A stretch of 64,000 nt of DNA from the human T2T-CHM13v2.0 reference genome, Homo sapiens (GCF_009914755.1 NC_060926.1), one strand, 5' to 3'; shown: positions 1-11,869, numbered from the stretch's first letter. Translations and numbers: made by a program. The notes: generated by a model from the sequence alone, not told the origin.

Positions 1-3000
1 AGCGTTGTTTGTTTTCAGTGACAAGAAAACATACATGGAAAGGGGACCCAAGACAGTTCACCAAGATAGTTCACAGCCCTTTGCAGGATATGCCTTTGGT
101 GGGTGGGAGCACCTAGATTTTAGAGGACTATAAAACGCCATGTTTACTTTGTTTGAAATTTTCTGATGAAAAGTCTTTTGTAACTTAACATTCCACATTT
201 TCATTTAAAAAGTCCCAGAAATATAAACTATCCAATTTACAACTAAGGTGGGTATCTGTAAAAACCTTAAGAATAGTTACTCTTCCCAAGAGAATTACAG
301 CGTCTAAGGGGGGGAAAGAAAGCATCTGAGCAGTAAAAGTCAAGCTGGTAAAATCCAATACAGAATATCTAATAAACCATAAGTTATTTTACTGAGAATA
401 GATTCTGCTGCCCTACAGCATTGGTGCCAAAACTCTAAGCATAGAGTGATTCTACTTTGAAATTATCCATAGTAGAAATTAAGAGTGTCACTAATTAAGC
501 AAGTCACTACCTCTAATAAGCACCTGTTTGCACTGCCCTCAGCAGCAGGATGAGTTAATCCATGCTGTTCACTTTTCAGTACAGCCAAGTCAACTGCACA
601 GACTTGAAGCAGCCAAGCTGGGTGAGAGCTGCAGAGCAGAGGGCAGTGAAAGAAGGCACAGTACTAGTGTCGTGCGGCAGTAGATGCTTTCCATGAATAC
701 ACCAGAGAAAAAGAGCTACAGAAATACAGTCTAGGAAAAGCTACATCCCAACAAAAATCCAAATTAAAGAAAACCCACTAGGGAGTAAAACAGAAGTATA
801 AAGTATCACTTTAGTGGTTTTTTAAATTCAGTTCATACATGAGGTTAAAACATTTTTAATAGCCATTTCTGTCTGTGGAGGAATGTAAAGGGAAATGGCC
901 TGTTGTCGGACAAGCCACTGGACTGGGGTTAAAATGACAGTCTCCTCCTCTAGCCTTACTCTCTTCCTGGCATCATTAGTGTTCAAAAGGATGTCTGCTA
1001 TTCCAGGAAAACAGACCAGAAGCATCTGTTCAGGATGGCTATCATCAGGATTGATACAAGCAAGAAATTCCAAGAAATCCTGCACTGAAAACATAAAGGC
1101 TGTTGTTTTAGGGCTCAAATCATGGGTGAAAAAAGGTTAGCGGGTACATTTTTTCCCCCTCAAGAAAAACTGAAGTGTTGTCTACCTTCTCATGAGAAAA
1201 TCACCACCACAATAAAACTCAAAACCTCAGGGATGAATACTTTGATAACTGGATTCATATTCTTACTAACTCTAACCCACAAATATGGGTGCCCCTCAAA
1301 CTATAAAACTGCAGGCAGAAGACTATGAGAAATTCATTCATGAATCACAGTAGCGCTTGGCAATCTACTCAAACATTACCCAAATTTCTGTGCATGCTTA
1401 AATTAACAATGCAGATGTGTTAAAGATCACTTCATAAATATCAAACACAAAACTTGGTGAACAATTTGAAAGACCTAAAAATTAATGGTATATATTCTTA
1501 TTGCTCCATAACCACATGAACATAACCGAACAATATTCTGGAGATGTAGCAATGGAGAGGTGCTGTTCACTCTCTGTTTACGATGCGGTTTTCGTGGAGT
1601 GTGGGTTATGCAAGACCTTGAGTATACTGTACTAATTAAGCACTTTTGCTCATTCTAGAATTATTTACCATCTCTTCCCCCACTTTACTGGCATCACTTT
1701 TTCCTTGTGGGACAATGTCAACTGATTTCTGCAGTTTGCATTGGTAATCATTAACAATAGGCACAGACTTTCATTACAAGATGTGCTCCCCTTATAAGTG
1801 CTGGGATGGCCCATTTTTATTCTCTTGTTTAGGAGCTGCTCTGAGATTGTTTTATTCCTAATAGTCCAATTTATCATAAGTTGATGAGAGTACTTATTTC
1901 TCTCATGTACCAAGGAAAATTCACAGAAAAAAGCATATAGAAGTATAGTGTGTCGTTAGAGCACTGACTCCACGTTATACCAAACTGCACACGCATAAAA
2001 CGTAATGTCAGTTACTGGACTTGGACTGTCCCACTCCATCAGAACACCTAGTAACCTGAACTAATCACAACCAGGCTGCAGTCAGCAAGGGTCCTGGTAG
2101 CCCCAGTAGCTATAAATGAAACTGTCTTCCCTCTCCATGTAGTCCCATACTTAATGAGCTTTTTGTATTACATATTATAACCCATATACAACCAGATTAA
2201 TGACACCTGTACAGGGGCCAGTTCTGTTCTCTCATCACCCTTCCCTTCTATAGAGCAATGCTCAAAAAATGCATTTTAGAAAATGATTTTGTTTTTCATA
2301 ATGCACCATATTGGGGCACAGGATGTGTATATTTCATATACCAATTGTCTACAGATATGTAATAACACCTACCTAAAGCACATATTTTAAGAAGGTAACT
2401 GGTGACCCAAAGACATACTGGGACAGAACATTACAGAGATAACTGTGTTATCCATCCTCTTAAAATCAATCAAAGTGAGGATCATGAAGCCAAGTTGATA
2501 AAGCTTCATAAAACAGTACTAAAAAGGAACTATCCAGAATTATAGCACTAATTATCCATGTATTGTAGGCAAAGAGCTTATCTGTCAGCACATCCTAAAT
2601 GTGGGTGGATCACTGCAGCAGTACTGCAGCTAGAACAGCTGAGTTAATTACGCCATGTATTTACTTTCTATGCACAACCACATACAGATGATGTCTGTGA
2701 ACATTTCCCCATCCTGCACTAGTTACCCGTTCTATGAAGCTGAGAGATTTTCCTGATTTAAAGTGCCCCTTCATGTATAGCAATGAAGTGTCAGTCAAGC
2801 AATTCTAACTTCAGCCAACTGGGGAAAAACAAACACAAAAGCCTTATAGATACACCAAACATTCTGGTGATTTTTCTCAACCAGAAATAGCACATTCTAC
2901 ATCTATTCCTTAGTTATATAATACACAACATGCACGAATAGGCTACACATGGACAGACACTTATAAATACCTTCTAAATAAGTGATTAGAAGTTTTTGGT

Positions 3001-3347
3001 CCAATCCACATGATATAGAAATCTTAAGAGACAACACACATCCCCTTCTATGCCTCTTCCACCCAAAATACAGAACACCCATTTTCAGATTAGGAGAGAA
3101 AAGGAATAAATAGAATAACTCTCAGCTCTCTCTCTATATACACATACACATACATATATGTATACATATATACACACACTGTACAGCTGTGTGTACATGC
3201 ACGTGTACACACACACATACACATATAGCTGGACACTACCTGAATAACATCATACCAGGAGGCTCTGAACACCTGAATTCACAGATGATCAGGTGAGCTG
3301 ATTGTAGCAGTGATTACAGATATCATGAAAATAAAGTCCTATGGTGG
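1..3347 (-). other. RAPH1: RAPH1 3'UTR (probably continues past the window edge)
   Basis: Follows the stop codon; no interspersed repeats; many miRNA seed matches. Confidence 0.85.
3127..3226. repeat. Compound (CT)/(TA)/(CA) microsatellite in the 3'UTR
   Basis: ctctctctct atatacacatacacatacatatatgtatac...cacacaca. Confidence 0.85.
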
Positions 3348-5324
3348 CTACCAGTCTCTGGAGAGCTTGGTGTTCTGGTCTCTTTTGGGGGGAGCAGGAG
3401 GGGGTCCTCTCCGCAACGTTGCATAGCCTGATATATGACTGCCTCCGTAACCAGCCTTCTGTTGATCAGACAGCAGTTCAGGGGGTGGTGGAGGCAATGC
3501 CATATCATCCATGGTGGCTGTTGGTTCTGCTCTGGACATGCGGGAGGAGAGTGAGCCGTGCCGAGTGATGGACTTTCGTTGCAGTGTCCTGTTGAGGTCA
3601 GCCAGGAATCCAGGCTGGACACTAAGGCTGGATTTGGGAGAGGTGGGCACTTGTGGCACAACTGTGGCCATTGTTGGCTGCTCAGAAATCTCAGCTTGAG
3701 TGAGGCGGGTGCTATCATTCCGTTTGGGTCGTGTGGGTGGAGGGGCCTTCTTCACTGACATTTTAGACCATTGTTGTGGTTGAGGATTAACGACTGCCAC
3801 TTTTGGAGAGGTGTTTCCCGAGAAAACTGCTGGAATCTCAATGGGGGGCAGAGGAAGCTCTGTTTCAGGTGGAGGGGGTGGAAAATCAGAATCGGATGGA
3901 GGAGAAGGAAATTCCACCACGGAGTCCTTTCCACGCCCACTCAGAACAGGGGCTTTTGCTGACACACACCCTTGTTGGAGAACTCCAGGAAGGTTGACTC
4001 CAGAAAGATTGAGTTTTCCAGGCTTGGGGGGTGCTGCAGGAGGTGGTAGGGTCTCCTTGCTGGGAGACCCTGATTCTGCTGGCGGTGTAAACTTGCTGAC
4101 TAGACTGTCCACCGAGGGTCTCTTGGGCTCGGGGTGCTCTGCACCACTGCTGGATTTAATGCTGGAGTTGCGCTGTGGGGTTGGGGGTGGTTTCTTTCCC
4201 CCAGGGCTGGACGTCTTACTGGTCTTTTTGCCTGGAGATCCACTTTTGTCAGGGGTAGGAGAAGCTGTGGGTGGAGGTGGCGGTGGTGGGGCTGGGACAG
4301 GTGATGGGGGTGGAGGAGGAAACACCAGGCTGCTTTCAGGAGGGGGAGGAGGGAAGTCCGGAGAAGGGACTGGGATGGAGCTGGGCTGCCACTTGGGCTT
4401 TGCTTTTACTGCAGGAGGGGACTGTGGAGCTACATTTGCTGGGACAGGCTTTAAGGGCTGAGATTCCATGGCAGGGGGAGTTGGAGGGGGTGGAAACTGG
4501 CTGGCTATCTGCTTCACGACCGAGGGCACCGGTGACAGTGGAGAGGGAGGGGGTTTTGCACAGAAGCTCTGTTGCTTGGGTAATGTTGGCGGGGGTACTG
4601 GAACAGGAGGGGTAGGGGGAGAGGGTGGAATGTAAGAAGCAGGGAAAGCTGGCTGCTTTTTTGCTGGGGGCACTGGAGGAGTAGGTGTGGGTGGTGCAGC
4701 TTGAGTCACAACAGGTGCCACAGTCTTGGTGCTGGTTGGTGCGGGGATGGTCACAAGGGGTTTTGGGGGAGCTTGGGGAGGGAGGGGTGCAGGGATAGGA
4801 GGAGGTGGGGGGGGTGTTGGGGGAGCCACCTGAGTAATATGCTGAACTTGATGGATCTTCAGTGGAGGAGGCGGGGCACTGAACTGTGGAAGGGATGGGG
4901 CACACGGTGCAGGCTTTAGCTGGGCCATGGCAGAGCCTGGGGTTGGGGGTGGAGGAGGGGGAGGGGGTGGTGGAACAACTCCATTGGGGGGTACCAGGAT
5001 CTGAGGCTTCACTGACTGTGACTGCATCACTGGGGGTGTTGGCGGCTTAAACAGGGCCCCTGAATGCTGAGACGCATTCTGTAGCCGTGTTATTGTGCTG
5101 TACTTGACGAACATTGGGGCTGCTGAGCCTGCAGAAGGTGCAGACTGGCTGGGGAGTGGGGGAGGAGGGGGTGGTGGAGGGGGTGGTGGAGGAGGAGGTG
5201 GGGGTGGCGGAGGAGGTAGAGGTGGTGAAGGCTGTGAAGCAGTGTAGGGGGTGACTATCTTAGGTTGCGGGGATAAAGGGGGCACAAGTGAAGTGTAGGG
5301 CCGATTCATAGACTCCATTCTGGC
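3348..5324 (-). CDS. RAPH1: RAPH1 last exon, coding part: 658-aa proline-rich tail with FPPPP/LPPPP EVH1 ligands
   Basis: ORF 3348..5318 plus tttag|GCC AGA ATG acceptor; ends LSRDW-TAG; total protein 1250 aa. Confidence 0.97.
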   Translation of the reverse strand, partial: ARMESMNRPYTSLVPPLSPQPKIVTPYTASQPSPPLPPPPPPPPPPPPPPPPPPPPLPSQSAPSAGSAAPMFVKYSTITRLQNASQHSGALFKPPTPPVMQSQSVKPQILVPPNGVVPPPPPPPPPPTPGSAMAQLKPAPCAPSLPQFSAPPPPLKIHQVQHITQVAPPTPPPPPPIPAPLPPQAPPKPLVTIPAPTSTKTVAPVVTQAAPPTPTPPVPPAKKQPAFPASYIPPSPPTPPVPVPPPTLPKQQSFCAKPPPSPLSPVPSVVKQIASQFPPPPTPPAMESQPLKPVPANVAPQSPPAVKAKPKWQPSSIPVPSPDFPPPPPESSLVFPPPPPSPVPAPPPPPPPTASPTPDKSGSPGKKTSKTSSPGGKKPPPTPQRNSSIKSSSGAEHPEPKRPSVDSLVSKFTPPAESGSPSKETLPPPAAPPKPGKLNLSGVNLPGVLQQGCVSAKAPVLSGRGKDSVVEFPSPPSDSDFPPPPPETELPLPPIEIPAVFSGNTSPKVAVVNPQPQQWSKMSVKKAPPPTRPKRNDSTRLTQAEISEQPTMATVVPQVPTSPKSSLSVQPGFLADLNRTLQRKSITRHGSLSSRMSRAEPTATMDDMALPPPPPELLSDQQKAGYGGSHISGYATLRRGPPPAPPKRDQNTKLSRDW

Positions 5325-5733
5325 CTAAAAGGAGTATAAAAAGGGAGTGGGAGAGAGAAAAACACAACAAACAAAACAGTTACAGAGGTAAGCTTTGATT
5401 GTGTAAAACTAAAAAGCAGGGAGTCTGGGACATGCATGAAAAGGATGCAGAAGTTGGTGGTGATCATAAAGATGGACAATGTCAGGAAGGCTAAAATCTG
5501 ATTGTGCGGGCAAGAAGGAAACAGAAAACTTGTTTTACCCCACGGTAAAATAGCTAGACCATCTAACAATCTAGGAAAAATGTCCGGCTGCAAAAGCTGT
5601 TTGAATGGTGACAGGATGCATGACTTCTGACCTTGGCTGCATGACTTTGACACAGCCTGCCCTACATGGAACCCTCTGTGGCGGTCCTCTGAGCACTGGA
5701 CTTCCAAGGGGAGATGTGATGGCTCCAGTTTAC

Positions 5734-5830
5734 CTTTCAGTCCATGACTGCATCCACATCAAGCAGATGCTATAACTGGGTTTAGGAGGGCTTCCTGGTG
5801 GAATGAGGATGGCTTTTTGATGCTAGTAAG
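5734..5830 (-). other. Candidate 97-nt cassette exon LTSIKKPSSFHQEALLNPVIASA*
   Basis: CTCAAC branch-like site, ttctcatactctcctgtgtcag| acceptor and AAG|gtaaac donor. Confidence 0.55.
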
Positions 5831-6508
5831 CTGACACAGGAGAGTATGAGAATGTTGAGCAGGCGTGCACAGTCACACAGGAATGAATAAGCTTGACACA
5901 CACACTCGTGTTGGTGTGAGACAATTGCATCCAACATGCACAGAAGTCCAGCAATGCAGGTAAAGGGGGGACATTCTTTACATTTGTTTTACTGGAAAAT
6001 ACATAAAGAAATGCTTTGTAAACATTATAGCAAAAGACTGTAAAAATATCATACAGAAAAAGCCAGAAGAAATTAAGAGGAAGCTCTGGAAGGCTAGAAT
6101 AAAGAAAATGTATCAAGAAATGGCAGCTAGCATTTGCCAACAACCAACCCATCTGGGTAGCTGAAATGATCACATCTGGTAGTTTATTTCGTGGAGCTAA
6201 TCATGCACGATGGTGGTTCAGGTACTTTGAAAAGAGGAAAGGAAGGACCCTTGTTTTAAAAACTTTAGGTACATCTTTTAGGCTCTTTGAACAAACTTTG
6301 AGGATCCAAGATAAACCATTTGTTTTCAATTTTGAATGACATCGAGAATGCATGGGTTAGTGAACTAGAAGGCTCATTATAGGGCTGAATTCTAATAGCC
6401 ATCCGGACATTCACATGTTTCTTTTAAAATTACACAAAAAGATTAGTCTGTGAGATTGGGATACAGGCGTCACCGAGGTTAATGTGTTTCCAGAGAACAA
6501 CCCCTGAC

Positions 6509-6584
6509 CTTAACTTGACCCTGTCTTGGCTGCTTCAGGGGCGCAGGCCTTAGCTGTGCTGGCCTTCTCATTTGGCACCTGAGA
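6509..6584 (-). other. Candidate alternative exon SQVPNEKASTAKACAPEAAKTGSS*
   Basis: Strong pyrimidine tract ctctgtatttcttctcctgttacctcag|; phase-0 frame open for 24 codons to TAA; possible donor G|gtcagg right after the stop. Confidence 0.5.
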
Positions 6585-7589
6585 CTGAGGTAACAGGAGA
6601 AGAAATACAGAGTGATCAAGCCTTAAAGCATTACTGCTGACAGCAGGGTTCCTACTCTTCTGAAACTCTGTGCAATAACGGACTTTGCTGCTTAATCACA
6701 GAACATTTTGGGTCTGTGATTTTGTTTTCCTTGGCCTTACACATAACTAGGTTCTATAACTTAAAATGCACACGGATCTCACCATTAGTAATTTGGTAAG
6801 GCAAAGGGGTTTTTCTTTAGCCATCCGAATTCTGTAAACCAACTTCTTTAGTACATTTTTAAAATACTAGCTCCATCCAAATTGATTAAATGGGGGAAGG
6901 GAGAGAGAAATTATTTCTTAAAAGTTTGAGTCTCTAATAAGGGAGTTAAACTCAGTGTTTTGAGAATTTAGATCGTTAGAACCAATTCTCAAATGCTCAT
7001 TTCTGAAGGAAAGGGCTTCAGCCCCACATGGTGCTACTAAGGCCTTCTCTTCCCTGCGGGAGCCCAGTTAGTGAACCACATATACGAATGAAGGAATAAA
7101 AGGAAAAATGTCCATTTATTCTCATTCGTGAATGTACCTGTATAAGTGATTCAGACCAAAAGCACCCCCCACCAAAAAATTAAATAAATAAATAAAAACA
7201 ATTATTAGTAAAAATAAAATAGTTGAGCCCAGGGTGCCACTGGTTCCTCAATGATGGAGTGACCTCTTGCATATTGAAATGGTGACTACAGCCAGGACAC
7301 ATCCTTGCCTACACAACTACAGATGATGTCTGATAGAAGGCCATGATGTCTTTCAAATGAACTGAAGAACCTCTCTATTTTCCTAATTATAGTCTTGCAA
7401 TAACTATACTCATCCTTCAGTCTCACTGCACAATATACTATGCAAGGCTCAGGAATCCAAAACTTTTAAGGGAAATGATTTTAATTTAGTCTTCCACATA
7501 AAGTATAATTTGAAAAAATTCATCAATGCCCAAAGAAATGGCAAAAGCATTAAAAAAAAAAAAGGTAAGGAATGAGTCTGAATAAATTA

Positions 7590-8417
<828 letters not shown>

Positions 8418-8759
8418 TTAGGGCATTTGCAATAGATGGTGTTTTGCCATCCAAACTGCTTAAAGGTGGAAAGGAAGAAATTGTTATTTCTTAAAAATCT
8501 GAGCCACTGATAAAAGAATTAAACTGCCAGTTTTTTTTGTTTTTTTGAGATTTTAAGTCATTAGAGCCAATTTGTAAAATACTCATTTCCAAGGGGAAGT
8601 CAAATCAACAGGTCTCTCTGAACTGTCTTTACCCACTACAATTAGGAAGACTGAAAATTAATAAAGGAGACTGAAATAAGGCCAAATAAGATCCCCGATA
8701 AAGACATAAGAGAGCAACAATTTAAACCCAAAAGAATACCACAGAATTTTCAATGTAAA

Positions 8760-8777
8760 TTAAAACGAAGCTGTTAC
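8760..8777 (-). CDS. RAPH1: Short-isoform C-terminus VTASF* by read-through of the exon 13 donor
   Basis: GTA ACA GCT TCG TTT TAA in frame after EESSK; matches my recollection of short RAPH1 isoforms. Confidence 0.7.
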   Translation of the reverse strand, partial: VTASF

Positions 8778-8920
8778 CTTGCTGGACTCTTCCAACTGAG
8801 TGCCTCGTTTCCAGGCTTCAGAGAATACGGAGCTCACAATGCTCTGGGAACGGACGTGTCCTGCTGGCTGGGTGTCAGAAACTCCGCTATCAGACTGATT
8901 GGAGTGGTTTGACTGAGACT
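8778..8920 (-). CDS. RAPH1: RAPH1 exon 13 (ESQSNHSNQS...LEESSK)
   Basis: aacag| acceptor and AAG|gtaaca donor; 143 nt; exons 2-13 sum to 1776 nt = 592 codons. Confidence 0.95.
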
Positions 8921-9562
8921 CTGTTTAAAATAGTTTTTTAAACATAGGTTTAAAAGAGTCAGTATTCTGACAATATTCATATGTATGTCTAGTTAGATCT
9001 TTTACACAAGGTCAAGTGCTGTGTACAACAGCACCAAGTTATTTTACTCATTTCATCATAAACACAGCCAGTATTTTCTACTAGAAAACTTCCCTTACCT
9101 TGGAATTAAGAAATCTCAGATTAGTGTTAAATATTTCACCATGAGAGACTGATAATTATAATAAATGATTCACATAACATTATTGGTATCCTGACACCCA
9201 GTCTTGCATGAAATCAACTCTAAACAATAAAAGAATTAATGAACCATCAGTAGAGGAGTCTCTCAATCATGTCTGCATTACATTGAGAATCAGCCTTTTT
9301 AATACCCCTGCCTTAAGGTCACGCCAGAATTGTAACTTAGGAATTCGGATCTATACACAATGATTATTTCCTTTTTTCTAGCAATGAGCAATACTTAGAA
9401 TTTGACCCTCTAGTGCGAAGTGTGTTTCCTAGGGATTTAGGTATTGGACCCATAGGGTGGCAGCTGTGCTGTATCCTGGCCTGTCAGCAAGGCACAAAAA
9501 AGTTTTGAAAGGAGTGGGGCCTGGTGGGAATGGCTGTGAGCATACAGTGTCTCTTTGCCGCC

Positions 9563-9680
9563 TGAGCAAGGAGGCTGAGGTGGGAGGATCATTTGAGCCC
9601 AGGAGAGTTAAGTGAGCTATGATAACACCACTGCATTCCAGCCTGGGTGATGGGAGAGGAAGGAAGGAAAAGGAAGGGGA
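9563..9680 (+). mobile_element. Alu right-arm fragment with purine tail
   Basis: gaggctgaggtgggaggatc...ccagcctgggtga. Confidence 0.85.
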
Positions 9681-9729
9681 ACCATGTTCTGGAAGGGTTG
9701 TTGGTTGGTTTTTTTTCCCCATTTTAATA

Positions 9730-11076
9730 AATATTTTCTTAGAATAGTTTTAAGATATCTACATATTAGATATTTGAATATTAGAACAGTTTTAGCACAG
9801 AATTCCTACATACCCGGCATCCAGTTTACCCATTTAGCAATATGTTTGGTTTTAAAGAAATTCTCCTTTGGGGAAAAAGTGTCCTCTTTTAATTTTATTC
9901 CCTTTTCCCCATTATTAACATGTTACATTACTATACTACATTTGTCACAACTAAGGAAATGTCCTGCTACTATTAACTACGCTCCACACTTTATTTGGAT
10001 TTCACTAGTTTTTCCCTCATGTGCCTTTTCTGATCCAGGACACCACGTCACAGTTAGTCATCATGTCTCCTATAACGGCTTCTCAGAATTTCCTGTTTTT
10101 GATGACTTAGACAGTTTTGAGGAATAGTGGTCAGGTATCTTGTAGACTGTCTCTCAGTTTTGGTTTGTCTGATGCTTTTTCTCTTGATTAGTCTGTTTAT
10201 GGAACTTGGGGAGGAAGATCATAGAGGAAAAAAGCCATTCTCACACACTATGTCAAAGGTCCCTATAACCAATGTGACTTAGATACTGACCTTGACCACA
10301 TGGTTGTGGCAGTGTTTGTCAGGTTTCTCCACTGTGAAGTTACCCCTAATCCCCGTTCCATAATCACTGGAAGCAAGTCACTAAGCACAGTCCACACTTG
10401 AGGACTTAGGTAAGCTCTACTTCCTTCAGGACAAAGTGTCTTCATAAATCATTTAGAAATCTACACAGGACAGTTCTCTCCTCTTCCCCATTTATTTATT
10501 CAATGATTTATTTACATCAGTATAAACTCATGGATATTTATGTCCATGGGTTACAATCCTATACTATATTACTTATTGTATTGCTCAAATTGTTCCAGCT
10601 TTGACCTTTGGAGCTCTTTCAGACTGGCTCCTCTGTGTATCCCTTTGACATATTCTCATCTTGTGTTTTGTGAGACAGGGTCTCGTTCTGTTGCACAAGC
10701 TGGAGCACAGTGGTGTGATTATAGCTCACTGCAGCCTTGAACTTTTGGGCTCAAGCAATCCTCCTGCCTCAGCCTCCTGAGTTGCTAGGACTATGTGTAC
10801 TACTAAGTCTGGCTAATTTAAAAAAAAAAAAAAAAAAAAGTTGTGGAGATGGGGTCTTGCTGTGCTGCCCAGGCTGGTTTTGAACTACTGGGCTCACGTG
10901 ATCCCTTAACCTAGGCCTCCCAAAGCATTGGCATTACAGGCGTCAGCCACTGTGCCTGGCCCTACTGTCGTTTTTTAAGCATTCCCTTACTTTCTGGCAT
11001 TACAAGATGCTCTAGGCTCATCTTGTATATATTCTCTGCTGCAGCCCTATAATTTGCCATTTCTTTGAGAGCCTTG

Positions 11077-11110
<34 letters not shown>

Positions 11111-11290
11111 GAAGAATGGTATTAGAAACCATGATCTATTTAAGCAGCATCCTTGGCCAAAATTTAATAAAACGAAAAAACAAAAAGAAACCTCTATGAT
11201 CTAGGGACTGGGTATTCTCATTGTTCCTGGGGTATCACTGCTTCTAGTCCTCAGTGGACAGCACTAGGAAATGTATGTGTATATACACAT
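9730..11290 (-). mobile_element. Old L1 (L1M-type) 3' fragment interrupted by an Alu
   Basis: Resembles L1M 3'UTR (gttttgaggaatagtggtcaggta, ttgctcaaattgttccagctttg). Confidence 0.6.
10665..10961 (-). mobile_element. Alu (J-like)
   Basis: Reverse Alu dimer. Confidence 0.9.
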
Positions 11291-11869
11291 TCTAAATTTG
11301 TTTTTACTTAATAGAGATGAAATAGAGTCATGCAGCTTTTAAATATACTACTAAAGTTATTATTTCTTTCATCACATCCAATGCAAAAATTTAAAAATTC
11401 TGCTTTTAGATGACATGGATCTCATTCATGAAACATTTTGAATTGAAAGAAGATTTATGTTAAGATGTAATCATAGCATGCACTTGTTTAAAGGATATAG
11501 GAATCTGAAGGAGTGCAGCTTCTTCATGGTTTCTGAGTACAAAGATTCTTTCCAAGTAATGTTTTATCCCAAATTATGCATTAACAGTGTCCAGCAGTAT
11601 GTATGTTTTGAATAAATTTTATAAATATAAATAACAAAACTGGCTTTAGAAATCTATATACTGATTTTTCATTTCAAATACATTTGTGAACTAGCCCATG
11701 ATACTGTACCCTCTAGCAATTTTTAAAAAGGCATCTATTGATTATAATTTAGGAATTAAGTATGGCTCCGGTTTTTAAGAATCAAGTTGAAATTTCCAGG
11801 TCTACTATCAGTCTCTACAGAGACCTTCATATTAATCGCAAAATAGTGCTTTGAAGCATTTTGAACTAC

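Noticed and set aside
3336-3350. Stop-codon readthrough at TAG-C
   Set aside because: Context TAG CCA CCA TAG is not the UGA-CUAG motif, and a second stop follows after two codons
3811-4461. 216-aa Gly-rich plus-strand ORF and other ORFs overlapping the last exon (4336..4905, 4271..4615, 3323..3718)
   Set aside because: Shadow frames of a Pro-rich CDS (CCN reads as GG-rich antisense, few stops); no independent splice or promoter evidence
5306-5707. 133-aa minus-strand ORF running across the last-exon acceptor, and ORF 5823..6173
   Set aside because: They translate pyrimidine tracts (F/L/S-rich) and are out of frame with RAPH1; the region is better explained as intron with splicing elements
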